Below are positions 1 to 11,439 of a DNA stretch of 23,448 nucleotides, in pieces; the first letter of the stretch is position 1; every line of letters begins with the position of its first letter. The notes under the pieces were generated by a model. That model was given only the letters and a program-made list of their open reading frames with translations, did not search any database and was not told the DNA's origin. This stretch comes from Octopus sinensis (taxonomy: Eukaryota). The stretch lies in NCBI RefSeq assembly GCF_006345805.1, contig NW_021836527.1, positions 1-23,448 on the forward strand, in the 5' to 3' direction. Both the position numbers and the translations under genes were made by a program.

Positions 1-30
1 CGGACTACTAACTTTTTAAAAAATTTATTG

Positions 31-150
31 GACTGGAGCAACGTGAAATGAAGTGTCTTGCTCAAGAGCAGAACGCATCGCTCGGTTCAAGAATCGAAGC
101 TAAAACCATTGGATCATGAATCAATCCCGTAACTGCTAAGCGACACGCCG
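31..150 (-). mobile_element. tRNA-derived SINE family C, 5' head fragment
   Basis: Minus strand reads GGCGTGTCGCTTAGCAGTT...AGCTTCGATTCTTGAACC...TGCTCTTGAGCAAGACACTTCATTTCACGTTGCTCCAGTC. It has A/B-box-like motifs and is homologous to the copy at 8206-8528. Confidence 0.7.
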
Positions 151-152
151 CT

Positions 153-395
153 ACATATACATACATACATACATACATACATACATACATACATACACAC
201 ACACACATATACATACATACATACACACATACATGCATACATACATACATAAATACGTAGAATCACACACATCGATGTGTGTGTGTCCATATACATATAT
301 ACACATACTCAAACACACACACATATATATAAATAGGTATGTACATGTATGTGCATATATATATGTATGTGTATATATATATGCATATAGATATG

Positions 396-435
<40 letters not shown>

Positions 436-529
436 TATATATATGCACATATATGTATATTTATATGTATATATATGCATATATATATATATACATGCAT
501 ATATAAATGCATGTGGGTAACAAAGAAAT

Positions 530-561
<32 letters not shown>

Positions 562-686
562 GACAGACACACACATATATATATGTATGTGTGTATATAT
601 ATGTATATATATGTATATGTATAAATATATGGATATATATGTATATATCCATATAAATTATACATAAATACATATATATATATATA

Positions 687-728
<42 letters not shown>
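153..728. repeat. Compound (TACA)n/(TA)n/(CA)n microsatellite field
   Basis: Directly visible; accounts for the Y/I/M/C/V ORFs at 62-968. Confidence 0.95.
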
Positions 729-732
<4 letters not shown>

Positions 733-936
733 CCCACACACACACACCACGCATAGATATATTCCCACAGTTTACTGATAATGTCATTCATGTTCTCACA
801 TTTCTCACTCCGAGATCTGTAATAACAACTGCAAGAGAAAATGGCCGAAAAATTACATAAGCTTAAAAATAGACAAACAAACAGAGCGAAATGAAGGAAA
901 AACAATGGCCGTAAATAAATGGAAGAGAAAATTACA

Positions 937-1160
937 AGTCTGTTAAATATATTAAAAACAGAAGTCAATGAGAAACGATAAGTTTACAGTTATTATCACA
1001 CTAGACAGGTGCCAGTGTTAAAGTACATTTTTCAATATAACAAATAGGAAGTTAAATGACTTGATAGGAAAATCAGAAATCTGCTTCACGCATTTCAAAC
1101 GCTCCATCTGAAAGGTTATACCTACCACGCGCCGTATACAGAGAAATGGGAACTTGATGT
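937..1160 (+). pseudogene. Decayed non-LTR retrotransposon RT C-terminal fragment, R4/Dong-like
   Basis: Manual translation from 937: [56 protein letters not shown], then a frameshift to RLYLPR at 1113. This follows the ILKTEL..VPVL.Y..LDRK.RK.L..H..RLYLPR motif order recalled for R4/Dong-type elements. Three stops and a frameshift. Confidence 0.55.
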
Positions 1161-1711
1161 GAATATAGGAGTTTCAGTATGTAATGACAGCGGAGTCTAA
1201 AATAAATATATTTATTATATATACGTAGGAAAAGGTAAAAAGATCAGTGTAATGTCATGAGAAACAACAACAACAATAATAGTAATCTATTATATAAAAT
1301 CCGTTCAGTCTGTGTCTGTGTGTGTGTGTCTTCTAGGATCTCGGGCATCCTCCATCCGATTGCGCTCAAATGTGATATGTAGATACCGACGGTATCAGGG
1401 CATGCATAAGTCTTGAAGAAATTACCAAAATCGATTCCAGGTGAGAATGCGATCGGTAAAGCCGTGGGAACGTGCATTTGTACGCGCAAGTACATCAGCT
1501 GTTGCGGTCGATGCTACGCGTACGCGAGAAAAATGCAGTTTGTGCAAAGAAGCCGGCTTGGCTTGAAATATTGCCACAAAATGGGACGGTCGGACAAGTT
1601 GTTTTGAGAAAATTTGGTTTAAATGTTTGACAACACCGTTCATTGGACGGGGGGCGTTTTGCTCGTAATAATAATGTATCGTTCTAATTTTAGTATATGT
1701 GCTGCCGAAGC

Positions 1712-1752
<41 letters not shown>
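1712..1752. repeat. (AAT)n microsatellite (3' tail of the adjacent minus-strand SINE-A)
   Basis: Perfect AAT run abutting TGGTTTCAAATTTTGCC, the reverse complement of the SINE-A tail. Confidence 0.9.
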
Positions 1753-1754
<2 letters not shown>

Positions 1755-1997
1755 GTTTCAAATTTTGCCGTAAGGGCAGCTAGCTTTAGGGGAGGGAACT
1801 TGTTGATTACATCGACTCCAGTGTTTTAGTGGTACTAAAGGATGAATGGCAAAATCCACGTTGGCGGAATTTGAACTCAGAACGTAGCGACGTGCGAAAT
1901 ACCTATTTCTTTACTACCCACAAGGATTATATCGACCCCAGGGCGTAACTAGTACTTATTTAATCGACCCCGAAAGGATAAAAGGCAAAGTCGACCT
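1753..1997 (-). mobile_element. SINE family A, 5'-truncated dimer with tail-to-body junction
   Basis: Minus strand: GTCGACTTTGCCTTTTATCCTTTCGGGGTCGATTAAATAAGTAC...CTTGTGGGTAGTAAAGAAATA|GGTATTTCGCACGTCGCTACGTTCTGAGTTCAAATTCCGCC...GAAACCA(TTA)n. Junction at 1903/1904. Confidence 0.8.
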
Positions 1998-2295
1998 TTG
2001 TATGTATGTGTGTGTGGTGTGTATTACGGAGATGTACTTGCATAGCAGGTGACCTGATCCGAGATCGTGTGCTAAAACAAAAGCAATTGTCCTAACCACT
2101 AGTGAGAGTGACATCAAAGTTTCTAGCTTCCATCAGAGAGTCCGATGAAGGCTTGCAGGTCAAAACGTCGAAGTTACTGTCACCATTCTTTTTGCAAAAG
2201 TATAACATGTCCTTTGCAAAAATTATTCCATAGACTGTCAGTTTAATGCAAAATTATTCTTATTATAGCTCGGCATAAAAAAGCATTAATATAAA

Positions 2296-2439
2296 TGTGT
2301 GTATGTGTGTGTCTGAGTATGTGTGTGTATGTGAGTATGTATATACGTATGTATACATACATGCATAGATATGTTCATACATATATGTCAGATATAGTAT
2401 ATTGCATATAGCATGCGTATATGTATAAATCTATATGTT

Positions 2440-2485
<46 letters not shown>

Positions 2486-2581
2486 TGTATGTATGTATGT
2501 ATGTATGTATGTATGTATGTATATATATGCATGCGTATATATATACATATGTACGTGTGCGTGTATTTGTATGTGTGTGTG
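2296..2581. repeat. (TG)n/(TATG)n/(TA)n microsatellite field
   Basis: Directly visible. Confidence 0.9.
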
Positions 2582-2863
2582 TATTTTCATTGCTCTCCCG
2601 TTTCTCACAATCTGCTTCGATAGTCACAAACCCTCACATTCTACCATAATCCTCGCATAAAAACGTCAGGTATACGTTTTTATGGAGCAATATTAAAATG
2701 CTTTAATGATCCACCATAAGAACAACAACAACAGCAATCGTATGAAGAATAAGAACAACAACAACAACACCCCACATTAATAACAGTAACAGCATCAACT
2801 ACAACGTGAACAGTAACCATTATGCTACATCAACAATAAACATTAAGAAGGATTTCTTTAATA

Positions 2864-3092
2864 ATGGTTTCAAATGTTGGTAAAGGGCCAGAAGTTTTTT
2901 TGGGTTTTTTTTTTTGCCTGGGGAAGAGAAAGTCCATTACATTGGCTCAGATAATTCACTGCTGAAGTGGACCTTATCGTATCGAAAGGGACCGAAAAGG
3001 GACAACGTTGACGGAATTTGGACTTAGAATCTAAAGAGAGACAAAATGCCGCGAAGCATTTTGTCCTGGGTGCTAACGATTCTGCCAGCTCG
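2864..3092 (-). mobile_element. SINE family A, diverged full-length copy
   Basis: Head CGAGCTGGCAGAATCGTTAGCAC at 3092-3070, B-box-like AAGTCCAAATTCCG, and tail ...TTTGAAACCATTAT. Confidence 0.7.
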
Positions 3093-3095
3093 AAT

Positions 3096-3205
3096 AGTAC
3101 TACTACTTCTACTACTACTACTACTACAACTACTACTATACTTCTACTACTACTACTACTAATAATAATAATAATAATAATAATAGTAATATAATAATAA
3201 TAATA

Positions 3206-3244
<39 letters not shown>

Positions 3245-3270
3245 TTAATAATGATAATAATAATAATAAT
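3096..3270. repeat. (TAC)n + (AAT)n microsatellite
   Basis: Directly visible between two SINE-A copies. Confidence 0.9.
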
Positions 3271-3488
3271 AATCCTTTCTGCTATACGTACAAGGCCTGA
3301 AACTTTTGCGGGGTGGAAAATAGTCGATTATATCGACTCTAGTACTCAACTGGTACTTAATTATCTACCCCGAGAGGGAGGAAAGGCACGATCGACTTCG
3401 GCGGAATTTGAACTCAAAAATGTAGCGACAAGCGAAATGCCGTTATGTATTTCGTCCAACGTGCTAACGATTCTGACACCTCGCTGCC
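3271..3488 (-). mobile_element. SINE family A, full-length copy
   Basis: Minus strand: GGCAGCGAGGTGTCAGAATCGTTAGCAC...GAGTTCAAATTCCGCCGAAGTCGATCGTGCCTTTCCTCCC...AGGCCTTGTACGTATAGCAGAAAGGA(TTA)n. Confidence 0.8.
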
Positions 3489-3539
<51 letters not shown>

Positions 3540-3865
3540 TACTCTCCATGAGATGAGGACCTGCTGGGACTCTAGGGTCAAGGGATGACTCCGGTTCAGC
3601 AGAAGACAACGGACCATATTTTATTTTAAAAAATAATAATGATAACAATTGCGCAACCTGATAATCGCTACCTTATATGAGTGACAATGATAATACAAAA
3701 TATTATGAATAACAGTAGTAATGAAACTGAAACCTTGATGGTGATTGTGTTGCACCCGGCAGACTTAGAGATACTGGTCTAACTACAGCCTGTCGTTATC
3801 CAACAAGGGACCAGCACAGACGGTGTAGATCGAGCAAACAAGTCGATGCTGTGGCCATGGAGTGT

Positions 3866-4021
3866 TACAAGGCCAATAATTTAAGGATGGGGGTAAATCG
3901 ATTAAATCGACTCCAGTGTTCAACTGGTTCTTGTTTTATCGACCTCGGAAGGATGAAAGGCAAAATCGAGCTCGGTGGAAATTGAACTCAGAACTTAAGA
4001 CGGACGAAATGTCGCTAAGCA
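3866..4021 (-). mobile_element. SINE family A, 5'-truncated copy
   Basis: Minus strand: TGCTTAGCGACATTTCGTCCGTC...GAGTTCAATTTCCACCGAGCTCGATTTTGCCTTTCATCCTTCCGAGGTCGATAAAAC. Confidence 0.75.
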
Positions 4022-4079
4022 AAACAAAAAAACAAAAAACAAACAAAAGCAAACAAAAAACAGCAACTCCTATCGTTTA

Positions 4080-4300
4080 TCTTTTGCGCGTTTTAGTCAT
4101 TGAATTGCGGCCATGCTGGGGCACCCCTTTGAAGGGTTTTCATCGAACAAGACGACTTCAGTACTTATTTATTTTGAAAGCCTGGCACTCATCATATCTA
4201 TATCTACCGACGAAGCTCTAAGTTGCGGTGACGCAAACAAACCAACACGTGTTGTCAATCGGTGTATAGAGACGACAAATACAAAAACAAAGACATATAC
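4080..4300 (-). mobile_element. SINE family B, diverged 3' half
   Basis: GCGGCCATGCTGGGGCACC is the reverse complement of the GGTGCTCCAGCATGGCCGC motif in the full copy at 8565-8971. The GACAACACG...GTTTGCGTCACCGCAACTTAG segment also matches. Confidence 0.65.
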
Positions 4301-4468
4301 GCATACATACGTGCATACATGAATGCATAAACACACACGTGTACACACACACACACACACATATATAATATATATATAGACCGAAACATGTTAAATAAAT
4401 AATGTATATATAAAAATCAAAAATTTGTCTAATATAGCAGCATTTCAAACTTCAGTTTTTACATAATA

Positions 4469-4526
<58 letters not shown>

Positions 4527-4534
<8 letters not shown>

Positions 4535-4881
4535 GGGAATAAATTCCAAAACTTACAGGGAAAAATTCAATTTAATAATATTAATCAAATTTCCCAATAT
4601 ATGATATATGTAATTTAGAGAAAAACCACTATTAAACAATTCAATAAAGGAAGATGTTACTCACACGATGTAGAAAACATAAACTATAAAAATCTTATTC
4701 TAAAAATCAATAAAGTGCAATAAATAGTAGTAACTATATACTGTTAGTAGTTACTACTACTACTATTTACTATTTATTGTACTTTGATTTTTAGAATAAG
4801 GTTTTTATAGTATATGTTTTCTACATCGTGTGAGTAACATCTTCCTTTATTGAATGTTAATAGTGGTTTTTCTCTAAATTA
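4527..4881. mobile_element. AT-rich fold-back (MITE-like) palindromic element
   Basis: Left arm 4611-4736 (TAATTTAGAGAAAAAACCACTATT...GGAAGATGTTACTCACACGATGTAGAAAAC...AATAAATAGTAGTAACTA) is the reverse complement of right arm 4748-4881, with an ~11-nt spacer. Embedded in (TA)n on both sides. No TSD could be resolved. Confidence 0.7.
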
Positions 4882-5427
4882 TATATATATATATATATAT
4901 ATTATATACATATATATATATATATGCTATATTATATATATATATAATGTATGTATATGTATATATATTATATGTGTATATGTATATATATATAATACAT
5001 ACATATATATATATATATACATATACATACATATATATATATATATACATATACAACACATATATATATATACATATACATACATATATATATATATACA
5101 TATACATACATATATATATATATACATATACATACATATATATATATATATATATACATATCATACATAATATAATATACATATACAGACATATATATAT
5201 ATACATACGTATATTGCATATATATATACATATACAGTATACTATATATACATATATATATACATATATATACTATACATACGTATATATACATATATAT
5301 ACATATACATACGTATATATACATATATATACATACCTACGTATATATACATATATATATATATACATCCATATATACATATATACATACATCCATATAT
5401 ATACACATACATACATATATTACATAC

Positions 5428-5460
<33 letters not shown>

Positions 5461-5684
5461 TACATACATATATATCATACATACATATATATACATATAA
5501 TATATACATACAAACATACATATATATATATATACATACATATATATATACATACTACATACATATATATATATATACATACATATATATATACATACAT
5601 AATATATACAATATATATATATATATACATACAACATATATTACATACATACATATATATATACATACATACATATATATATAC

Positions 5685-5715
<31 letters not shown>

Positions 5716-5815
5716 ATACATACATAATATATAATATACATATATATACATACATATATATATATATACATTATATATATATATATTAATAAATGAAATA
5801 CATATGCATATATAT
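4882..5815. repeat. ~0.9-kb compound (TA)n/(TACA)n microsatellite
   Basis: Directly visible; source of the ORFs at 4850-5981. Confidence 0.95.
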
Positions 5816-6157
5816 AAACATATATGTACGTACCTACCTCTACATGTACATATACACGCATATATGAGTACAGGACAACCAAAAGGACGTCGAACACGAG
5901 AGAAACGAAAACATAGACACAAACCAAAGGAACTGGACTTTTTTTAAAAACAGCAAAAAATAGAGTACAGACAATTAACACAAAGAAAAAACCTCTTCTT
6001 CAGTCGCTATGGTTTCATCCACTCTACGTTACACACATAACGTATATATATATATATATATTATATATATATATATTATATATAATACATACATACATAC
6101 ATACACACGTGTATGTTTCCAATTACTAGATACATTCACGAGGATATTTTAGAAAAA

Positions 6158-6228
6158 ACTTGCCGAAGGTGTCACGCAGCGGGATTGAACCCGAAGCTAT
6201 GTAGTTTCAAAATGAGTTTCTTAGTGAC
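6158..6228 (-). mobile_element. SINE family B, degenerate 5' head
   Basis: ACTTGCCGAAGGTGTCACGCAGCGGGATTGAACCCG is the reverse complement of the family-B GGTTCAGTC.CACTGCGTGGCACCTTGGGCAAGT segment. Confidence 0.6.
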
Positions 6229-7090
6229 AAAAAATTTACACATAGGATAGGATTACGTTTGATCACACTTCATTTCAATGTGTATTGAACGCGGTTTATA
6301 CTGTAACGGCCACAATGAAAATAACTACTACATATCCAACAACAACAATATTAAAAACACAATAACTGTAAATGCAACAAAACTAGAAACGGCTGTTAAA
6401 AAATTTTTTAATCGACACCATTATTTTTAGGAGCAACCACCGGTATAGCAAACATCAGCAAGAACAAGTATTATTATTTACAGCAAGCACAATGACGGTA
6501 ACTATCAACAACCATCGCTTCCACAGCAACAACAACAATATTATTAAAGGCAACCAGTCATAGCAACAATCAACAATCATCATATTAATGACGAACACAA
6601 CGGAAACAACAACTCAAATACACACGGTTAGAATAAGAAAATGGAGAAAAATTTTTAAAATAAAAAGGAGAAAACGCATGACAAAGTCCCAAATATTATC
6701 GTGTGTAAAATTTTAATGGGAAATGCTAGAAATGAAGAAATTATACATTAACAATACAAGTTAAATGTTAAGATTTAAAAATATAGAAAAAAATTTCAAA
6801 TATGAAATCAAAATTGTAGTTAAAATGAACAGCAGTCAAAAATCTCGATAAAAATATTTTTCGTAAAATAAGAATATATTGAAAATATATATATACAAAA
6901 AAAAAAATAACTTAAGGAGATTTATATACAAATAAATAAAATGTATTGCTATGAAAAAATGTATAACCTCATATACATGAGCACCTGTGTGTATAAGTGC
7001 TGCGTGCATGTAGTTTATACACACACATACACATATGTATATAAAGTACTTGTATCTCCAAGTTGTTTGCAAGTGAAAAATTTATAAATA

Positions 7091-7108
7091 TATATACACA
7101 TAATACAT

Positions 7109-7142
<34 letters not shown>

Positions 7143-7528
7143 GTGTGTGTGCGTGTGTGTTGTGTGTGTTAAGTGTGTGTGTGTGTTGTGTGTGTGCATT
7201 GTGTGTGTTGTGTGTGTGTATGTGTTGTGCGTGTGTGTTGTGTGTGTGCTGCGTGTGTGTTGTGTGTATGTGCGTGTGTGTGTGTTGTGTGTGTGTGTGT
7301 ATGTTGTGTGTGAATGTGAGTTGTGTGTGTATGTGTTGTGTGTGTGTTGCGTGTGTGTTGTGTGTGTGTGTTGTGTGTATGTGTTGTGGTGTGTGTGTGT
7401 ATGTGTTGTGTGTGTGTGTCTGTGTGTGTGTGTGTATATGTTGTGTGTTGTGTATGTGTGTGTGTTGTGTATGTGTGTGTGTATGGTTTTGTGTGTATGT
7501 GTGTGAGTGTTGTGTGTGTGTGTGTGTG
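7091..7528. repeat. (TA)n then interrupted (TG)n/(GTGTT) repeat
   Basis: Directly visible; source of the C/V-rich ORFs at 7063-7630. Confidence 0.95.
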
Positions 7529-8170
7529 GTACTGCTAAGAATATGTTTCCATTTAGCGTTTCATACCACGCTTGTTTATCTCCATGGAATAAACTTTAAT
7601 AGGATAAACTTTTATAACTGGTTGCAGTAAAGTGCTTGGATAATATGGCGAGAAATAAAACACACAGATACCCCACCACACACACAACCAACTGCGAAAA
7701 ATGAAAAAAAGAAAAATATTTTTAAAACTATGATACAAGATATTCCATCCAAAAAGTACTACATATGATATCCAAAATTTATCAACCAAAGTTAAAATAA
7801 TATCAATATTGATACACTTGCCGCATTTATTGTCTATTGCTGTGTATATGTATGTGTTTGGACGTATGTATACGTATATATAATTCACTGATATCATATT
7901 ACTGTCGCATTGTTGATATTATTATCATTATCGTTAATATCATTATCAATATTATTATAACCAATAACCGCCTCCATAACAAACAAATATACTTCGCGGA
8001 GAGGAAAACTGTGGAAGTAAAAATAAAACAGACACGAAACAAATAAAATCTCCTTAAAATTCAACATATTAAAATATTGGAACGGAGGAATATTTAAATT
8101 GTCAGCTTATCAATACTTCTCTCTTCTTCATTGCCTCCCTCTCTCTCACAGATTCTCTCTCATCTATTCA

Positions 8171-8204
<34 letters not shown>

Positions 8205-8205
8205 A

Positions 8206-8528
8206 TCATATACTGGTACTCCGTCGGTACGGCTGACGAGGGTTCCAGTTGATCCGATCGACGGAACAGCCTGCTCGTGGAAATAACATGGCTGGGTACT
8301 CCACAGACACGCGTACCCTTAACGTAGTTTTCAGGGAGATTCAACATGGCATAGAATGTGACACAGAATGTGACATTTGAACTACAGGTACTACTCATTT
8401 TTGCCAGGTGAGTAGACTAGAGCGACGTGAAATAAAGTATCTTACTCAAGGACACAACGCGTCGCCGAGAATCGAACTCACGATATTACGACCGTAAGCC
8501 GAATGCCCTATCCACTAAGGCACGCATC
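8206..8528 (-). mobile_element. tRNA-derived SINE family C, near full length (CORE-like domain)
   Basis: Minus strand: TGCCTTAGTGGATAGG (A box), GAGTTCGATTCTC (B box), then TGTGTCCTTGAGTAAGATACTT...CTCACCTGGCAAAAATGAGTAG, which resembles the CORE-SINE domain (TGTGACCTTGGGCAAGTCACTT...CATCTGTAAAATGGG). Confidence 0.8.
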
Positions 8529-8564
8529 TTATATATATAAGTCTCTTTGTATATTTCTCGACCA

Positions 8565-8729
8565 GGAGTGGCTGTGTGGTAAGTAGCTTGCTAACCAACC
8601 ACATGGTTCCTGGTTCAGTCACACTGCGTGGCACCTTGGGCAAGTGTCTTCTGCTATAGCCCCGGGCCGACCAAAGCCTTGTAAGTGGATTTGGTAGATG
8701 GAAACTGAAAGAAGCCTGTCGTATATATG

Positions 8730-8760
<31 letters not shown>

Positions 8761-8971
8761 TTGTGTGTCTGTGTTTGTCCCCCTAGCATTGCTTGACAAC
8801 CGATGCTGGTGTGTTTACGTCCCCGTCACTTAGCGGTTCGGCAAAAGAGACTGATAGAATAAGTACTGGGCTTACAAAAAGAATAAGTCCCGGGGTCGAT
8901 TTCCTCGACTAAAGGCGGTGCTCCAGCATGGCCGCAGTCAAATGACTGAAACAAGTAAAAGAGTAAAAGAG
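8565..8971 (+). mobile_element. tRNA-derived SINE family B, full length
   Basis: GGAGTGGCTGTGTGGTAAG (A box), GGTTCAGTCACA (B-box-like), CORE-like GGCACCTTGGGCAAGTGTCTT, internal (TA)/(TG) tract, and a tandem AGTAAAAG tail at 8954-8971. Confidence 0.85.
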
Positions 8972-9012
8972 TATATAACTCTCTCTGTAATATATCTATG
9001 TGTGTATATACG

Positions 9013-9815
9013 TTTTTTTTTTTTTTTTTTTTACTGTGAGGCATCATCCAGTCAGGCTCATCGCCCGGATCAGCCTCACTACCTCTCTTCATCCCTCCCG
9101 ATCTTCCATTAGTGTTTTTTAGGCCTTCACCTTGACATCCAACATCTTCTGCAAGCTGTTGTATATACGTCTTCCGTGGTCTTCCAGCCGCTGTGGTACC
9201 ATGGTTTGGTGTCCATATATATAGTTCTTTGGCGGCGAGCTGGCAGAAACGTTAGCGCGCCGGGCGATATGCTTAGCCGTATTTCGTCTGTCGTTACGTT
9301 CTGAGTTCAAATTCCGCCGAGGTCGACTCTGCCTTTCATCCTTTCGGGGTCGATAAATAAAGTACCAGATTCACACTGGGATCGATGTAATCGATTTAAT
9401 CCCTTTGTCTGTCCTTGTTTGTCCCCTCTATGTTTAGCCCCTTGTGGGTAGTAAAGAAATATATATATAGTTCTTTACTTCTCCAGCGGTGGCCAGCAAA
9501 CCAACCTCAACCTCCGTTCTTGGATGGTTGATGAGAAAGTTGATACGTTCCCATATAACCGTTGTTTTGTTGGATGTTTCCTCCAAGATGTGTTGAGCAC
9601 TGCACGTAACATTCTTGTGTAGGCACCGACCAGCATGCAACTGAGTCTCTTGGTGAGAGACCAAGTCGGAGATCCATATACAAGCACAGATTCAACAACT
9701 ATTCTGAAGAACCGTCTCTTCAATTTATCTGCTAGGGATAACTTACATATTTTTCTAAGACCGTCTATAGCTGCCGAAGCCTCGGCAACGCGAGATTTAA
9801 TATCTATATGTATAA
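9013..9815 (-). pseudogene. RTE-clade LINE 3' fragment (RT C-terminus plus 3' end), interrupted by SINE-A
   Basis: ORF 9475-9834 contains DIKSRVAEA..KLKRRFFRIVVESVLVYGSPTWSLTK..GAYTRMLRAVLNTSWRKHPTKQRLYG..IQERRLR. It continues (frameshift, SINE removed) as AGHRWRSKELYIWTPNHGTTAAGRPRKTYIQQLAEDVG, then (frameshift) LMEDREG*REVVRLIRA. It ends in GGATGATG followed closely by A20 (T20 at 9013-9032). Confidence 0.85.
9231..9460 (+). mobile_element. SINE family A, full length, with 16-bp TSD
   Basis: GGCGGCGAGCTGGCAGAAACGTTAG...GAGTTCAAATTCCGCC...CCCCTTGTGGGTAGTAAAGAAAT. TSD ATATATATAGTTCTTT at 9215-9230 and 9461-9476. Confidence 0.92.
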
Positions 9816-9817
9816 AT

Positions 9818-10054
9818 AGTTCTTTATTGTCCACAAGGAGCTAAACAGAGGAGACAAACAAGGTCAGACAAACGGATTAAGTCGATTCGATTATATCGAT
9901 CCCAGAGCGTAACTGGTACTTATTTAATCGACCCCGAAAGGAGGAAAGACAAAGTCGACCTCGCTGGAATTTGAACTTAGAACGTAACGGCAGAAGAAAT
10001 ACCTATTTCTTTACTACCCACAAGGGGCTAAACACAGAGGAGAGAAACAAGGAG
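9818..10054 (-). mobile_element. SINE family A, truncated dimer with tail-to-body junction
   Basis: Minus strand: ...TGTGTTTAGCCCCTTGTGGGTAGTAAAGAAATA|GGTATTTCTTCTGCCGTTACGTTCTAAGTTCAAATTCC... Junction at 10003/10004. Confidence 0.85.
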
Positions 10055-10100
10055 AGAAAAAAATTGCGTGTAGGGGCTAACGATTCAACATGGCGTTATA

Positions 10101-10152
10101 TATGAGTGAGTATATACATAGTCATATATATATGTATTGTGCATCGTATATA

Positions 10153-10186
<34 letters not shown>

Positions 10187-10700
10187 ATTTCAAGTGGATT
10201 CTTTATGGAGGATAACTGATTCTCATCTATGAACTATGTGTGTGCGTGTGGGAGAGAGAGAGAGCGGTTCGGCAAGAGAGACCGATAGAGTTTGTACCAG
10301 ACTTTAAAAAAGGTAAGTCCTGAGATCGATTTTTCTACTAATAATTTTTAAAAACCTTTACGGTGATGCTGCAGTATCATATATAAAAATATATCTTTTA
10401 TTTACTTCAGTAATTTCACTGCGGCCATGCTGCAGCATCACCGTAAAGGTTTTTTAACATTATTAGTCGAAAAATCGATCTCAGGACTTACCTTTTTTAA
10501 AGTCTGGTACAAACTCTATCGGTCTCTCTTGCCGAACCGCTCTCCCTCTCTCACACACGCACACACAGAGTTCATAGATGAGATTCAGTTATCCTCCATA
10601 CAGAATACACTTGAAATACACATACACACACACATACATATATATATTATATACGATGCACAATACATATATATATGACTATGTATATACTCAGTCACAT
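10101..10700. repeat. Long inverted duplication (~275-bp arms, 55-bp spacer) containing a SINE-B 3' half
   Basis: Arm 10101-10374 is the reverse complement of arm 10430-10700 with scattered substitutions. For example, CGGTTCGGCAAGAGAGACCGATAGAGTTTGTACCAGACTTTAAAAAAGGTAAGTCCTGAGATCG pairs perfectly with its counterpart. The spacer carries the SINE-B tail on the minus strand. Confidence 0.92.
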
Positions 10701-10758
10701 ACATATATATATACATATATATACATACATATATATATACATACATATATATATACAC

Positions 10759-10797
<39 letters not shown>

Positions 10798-10888
10798 CAT
10801 ATATATACATACATATATATATATATACATACATATATACATACATATATATATACATACATATATACATACATATATATATACATAC

Positions 10889-10926
<38 letters not shown>

Positions 10927-11009
10927 ACATACATATATATATATACATACATATATATATATACATACATATATATATATACATACAATATATTATATAC
11001 ATACATATA

Positions 11010-11078
<69 letters not shown>

Positions 11079-11085
11079 ATATATA
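10701..11085. repeat. (TA)n/(TACA)n microsatellite
   Basis: Directly visible; source of the ORFs at 10578-11150. Confidence 0.95.
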
Positions 11086-11439
11086 ACAATGATAAATCTC
11101 AGAGCGAGGTATATATATATATATATATATATGTAGCCTATCAGGTTTGATGCATAAAAATATATAGAATTTGTTATAGTGATATCGAATAATGGTGTTG
11201 TGTTTATATTGAAATTATTGCAATCGCTTCTCCGATTTCAGTTCCTGTTTATTTCCAGAAGGAATATCACGGTGGAAGGATGCAGTTAACTCGCATCACT
11301 TTACACACACACACACACACACCATACAGAGTCCTGGACATATGTCAGCTCATTTATAAAAGTTAGCAATATGAGAACACAATTTCTTAAATGTATTGCT
11401 TTTTCTTATTCAATATCTCACATTACACACACTCAGACA

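Noticed and set aside
1380-1660. CpG-richer island with 64-73-aa ORFs
   Set aside because: No recognisable protein motif, splice structure or terminal repeats. It may be an unclassified repeat fragment but cannot be supported from sequence alone.
5990-6035. CTGAAGA on the minus strand as another hammerhead core
   Set aside because: No downstream stem II plus GAAA in the required order.
8206-8971. Divergent SINE-C and SINE-B heads 36 bp apart as a second palindromic element
   Set aside because: The two are different families with no dyad symmetry and no shared TSD. Such adjacency is expected at this SINE density.
9013-9100. Shared 3' end between the RTE LINE and SINE-A/B, which would identify the partner LINE
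   Set aside because: The LINE end (..CCTGACTGGATGATG) shows no similarity to the SINE tails (AAAGAAATA, GAAACCAAT, AGTAAAAG).
9475-9834. 119-aa ORF as a functional RT gene
   Set aside because: Its start comes from the adjacent SINE tail, it covers only the RT C-terminus, and it is frameshifted and interrupted by a SINE.
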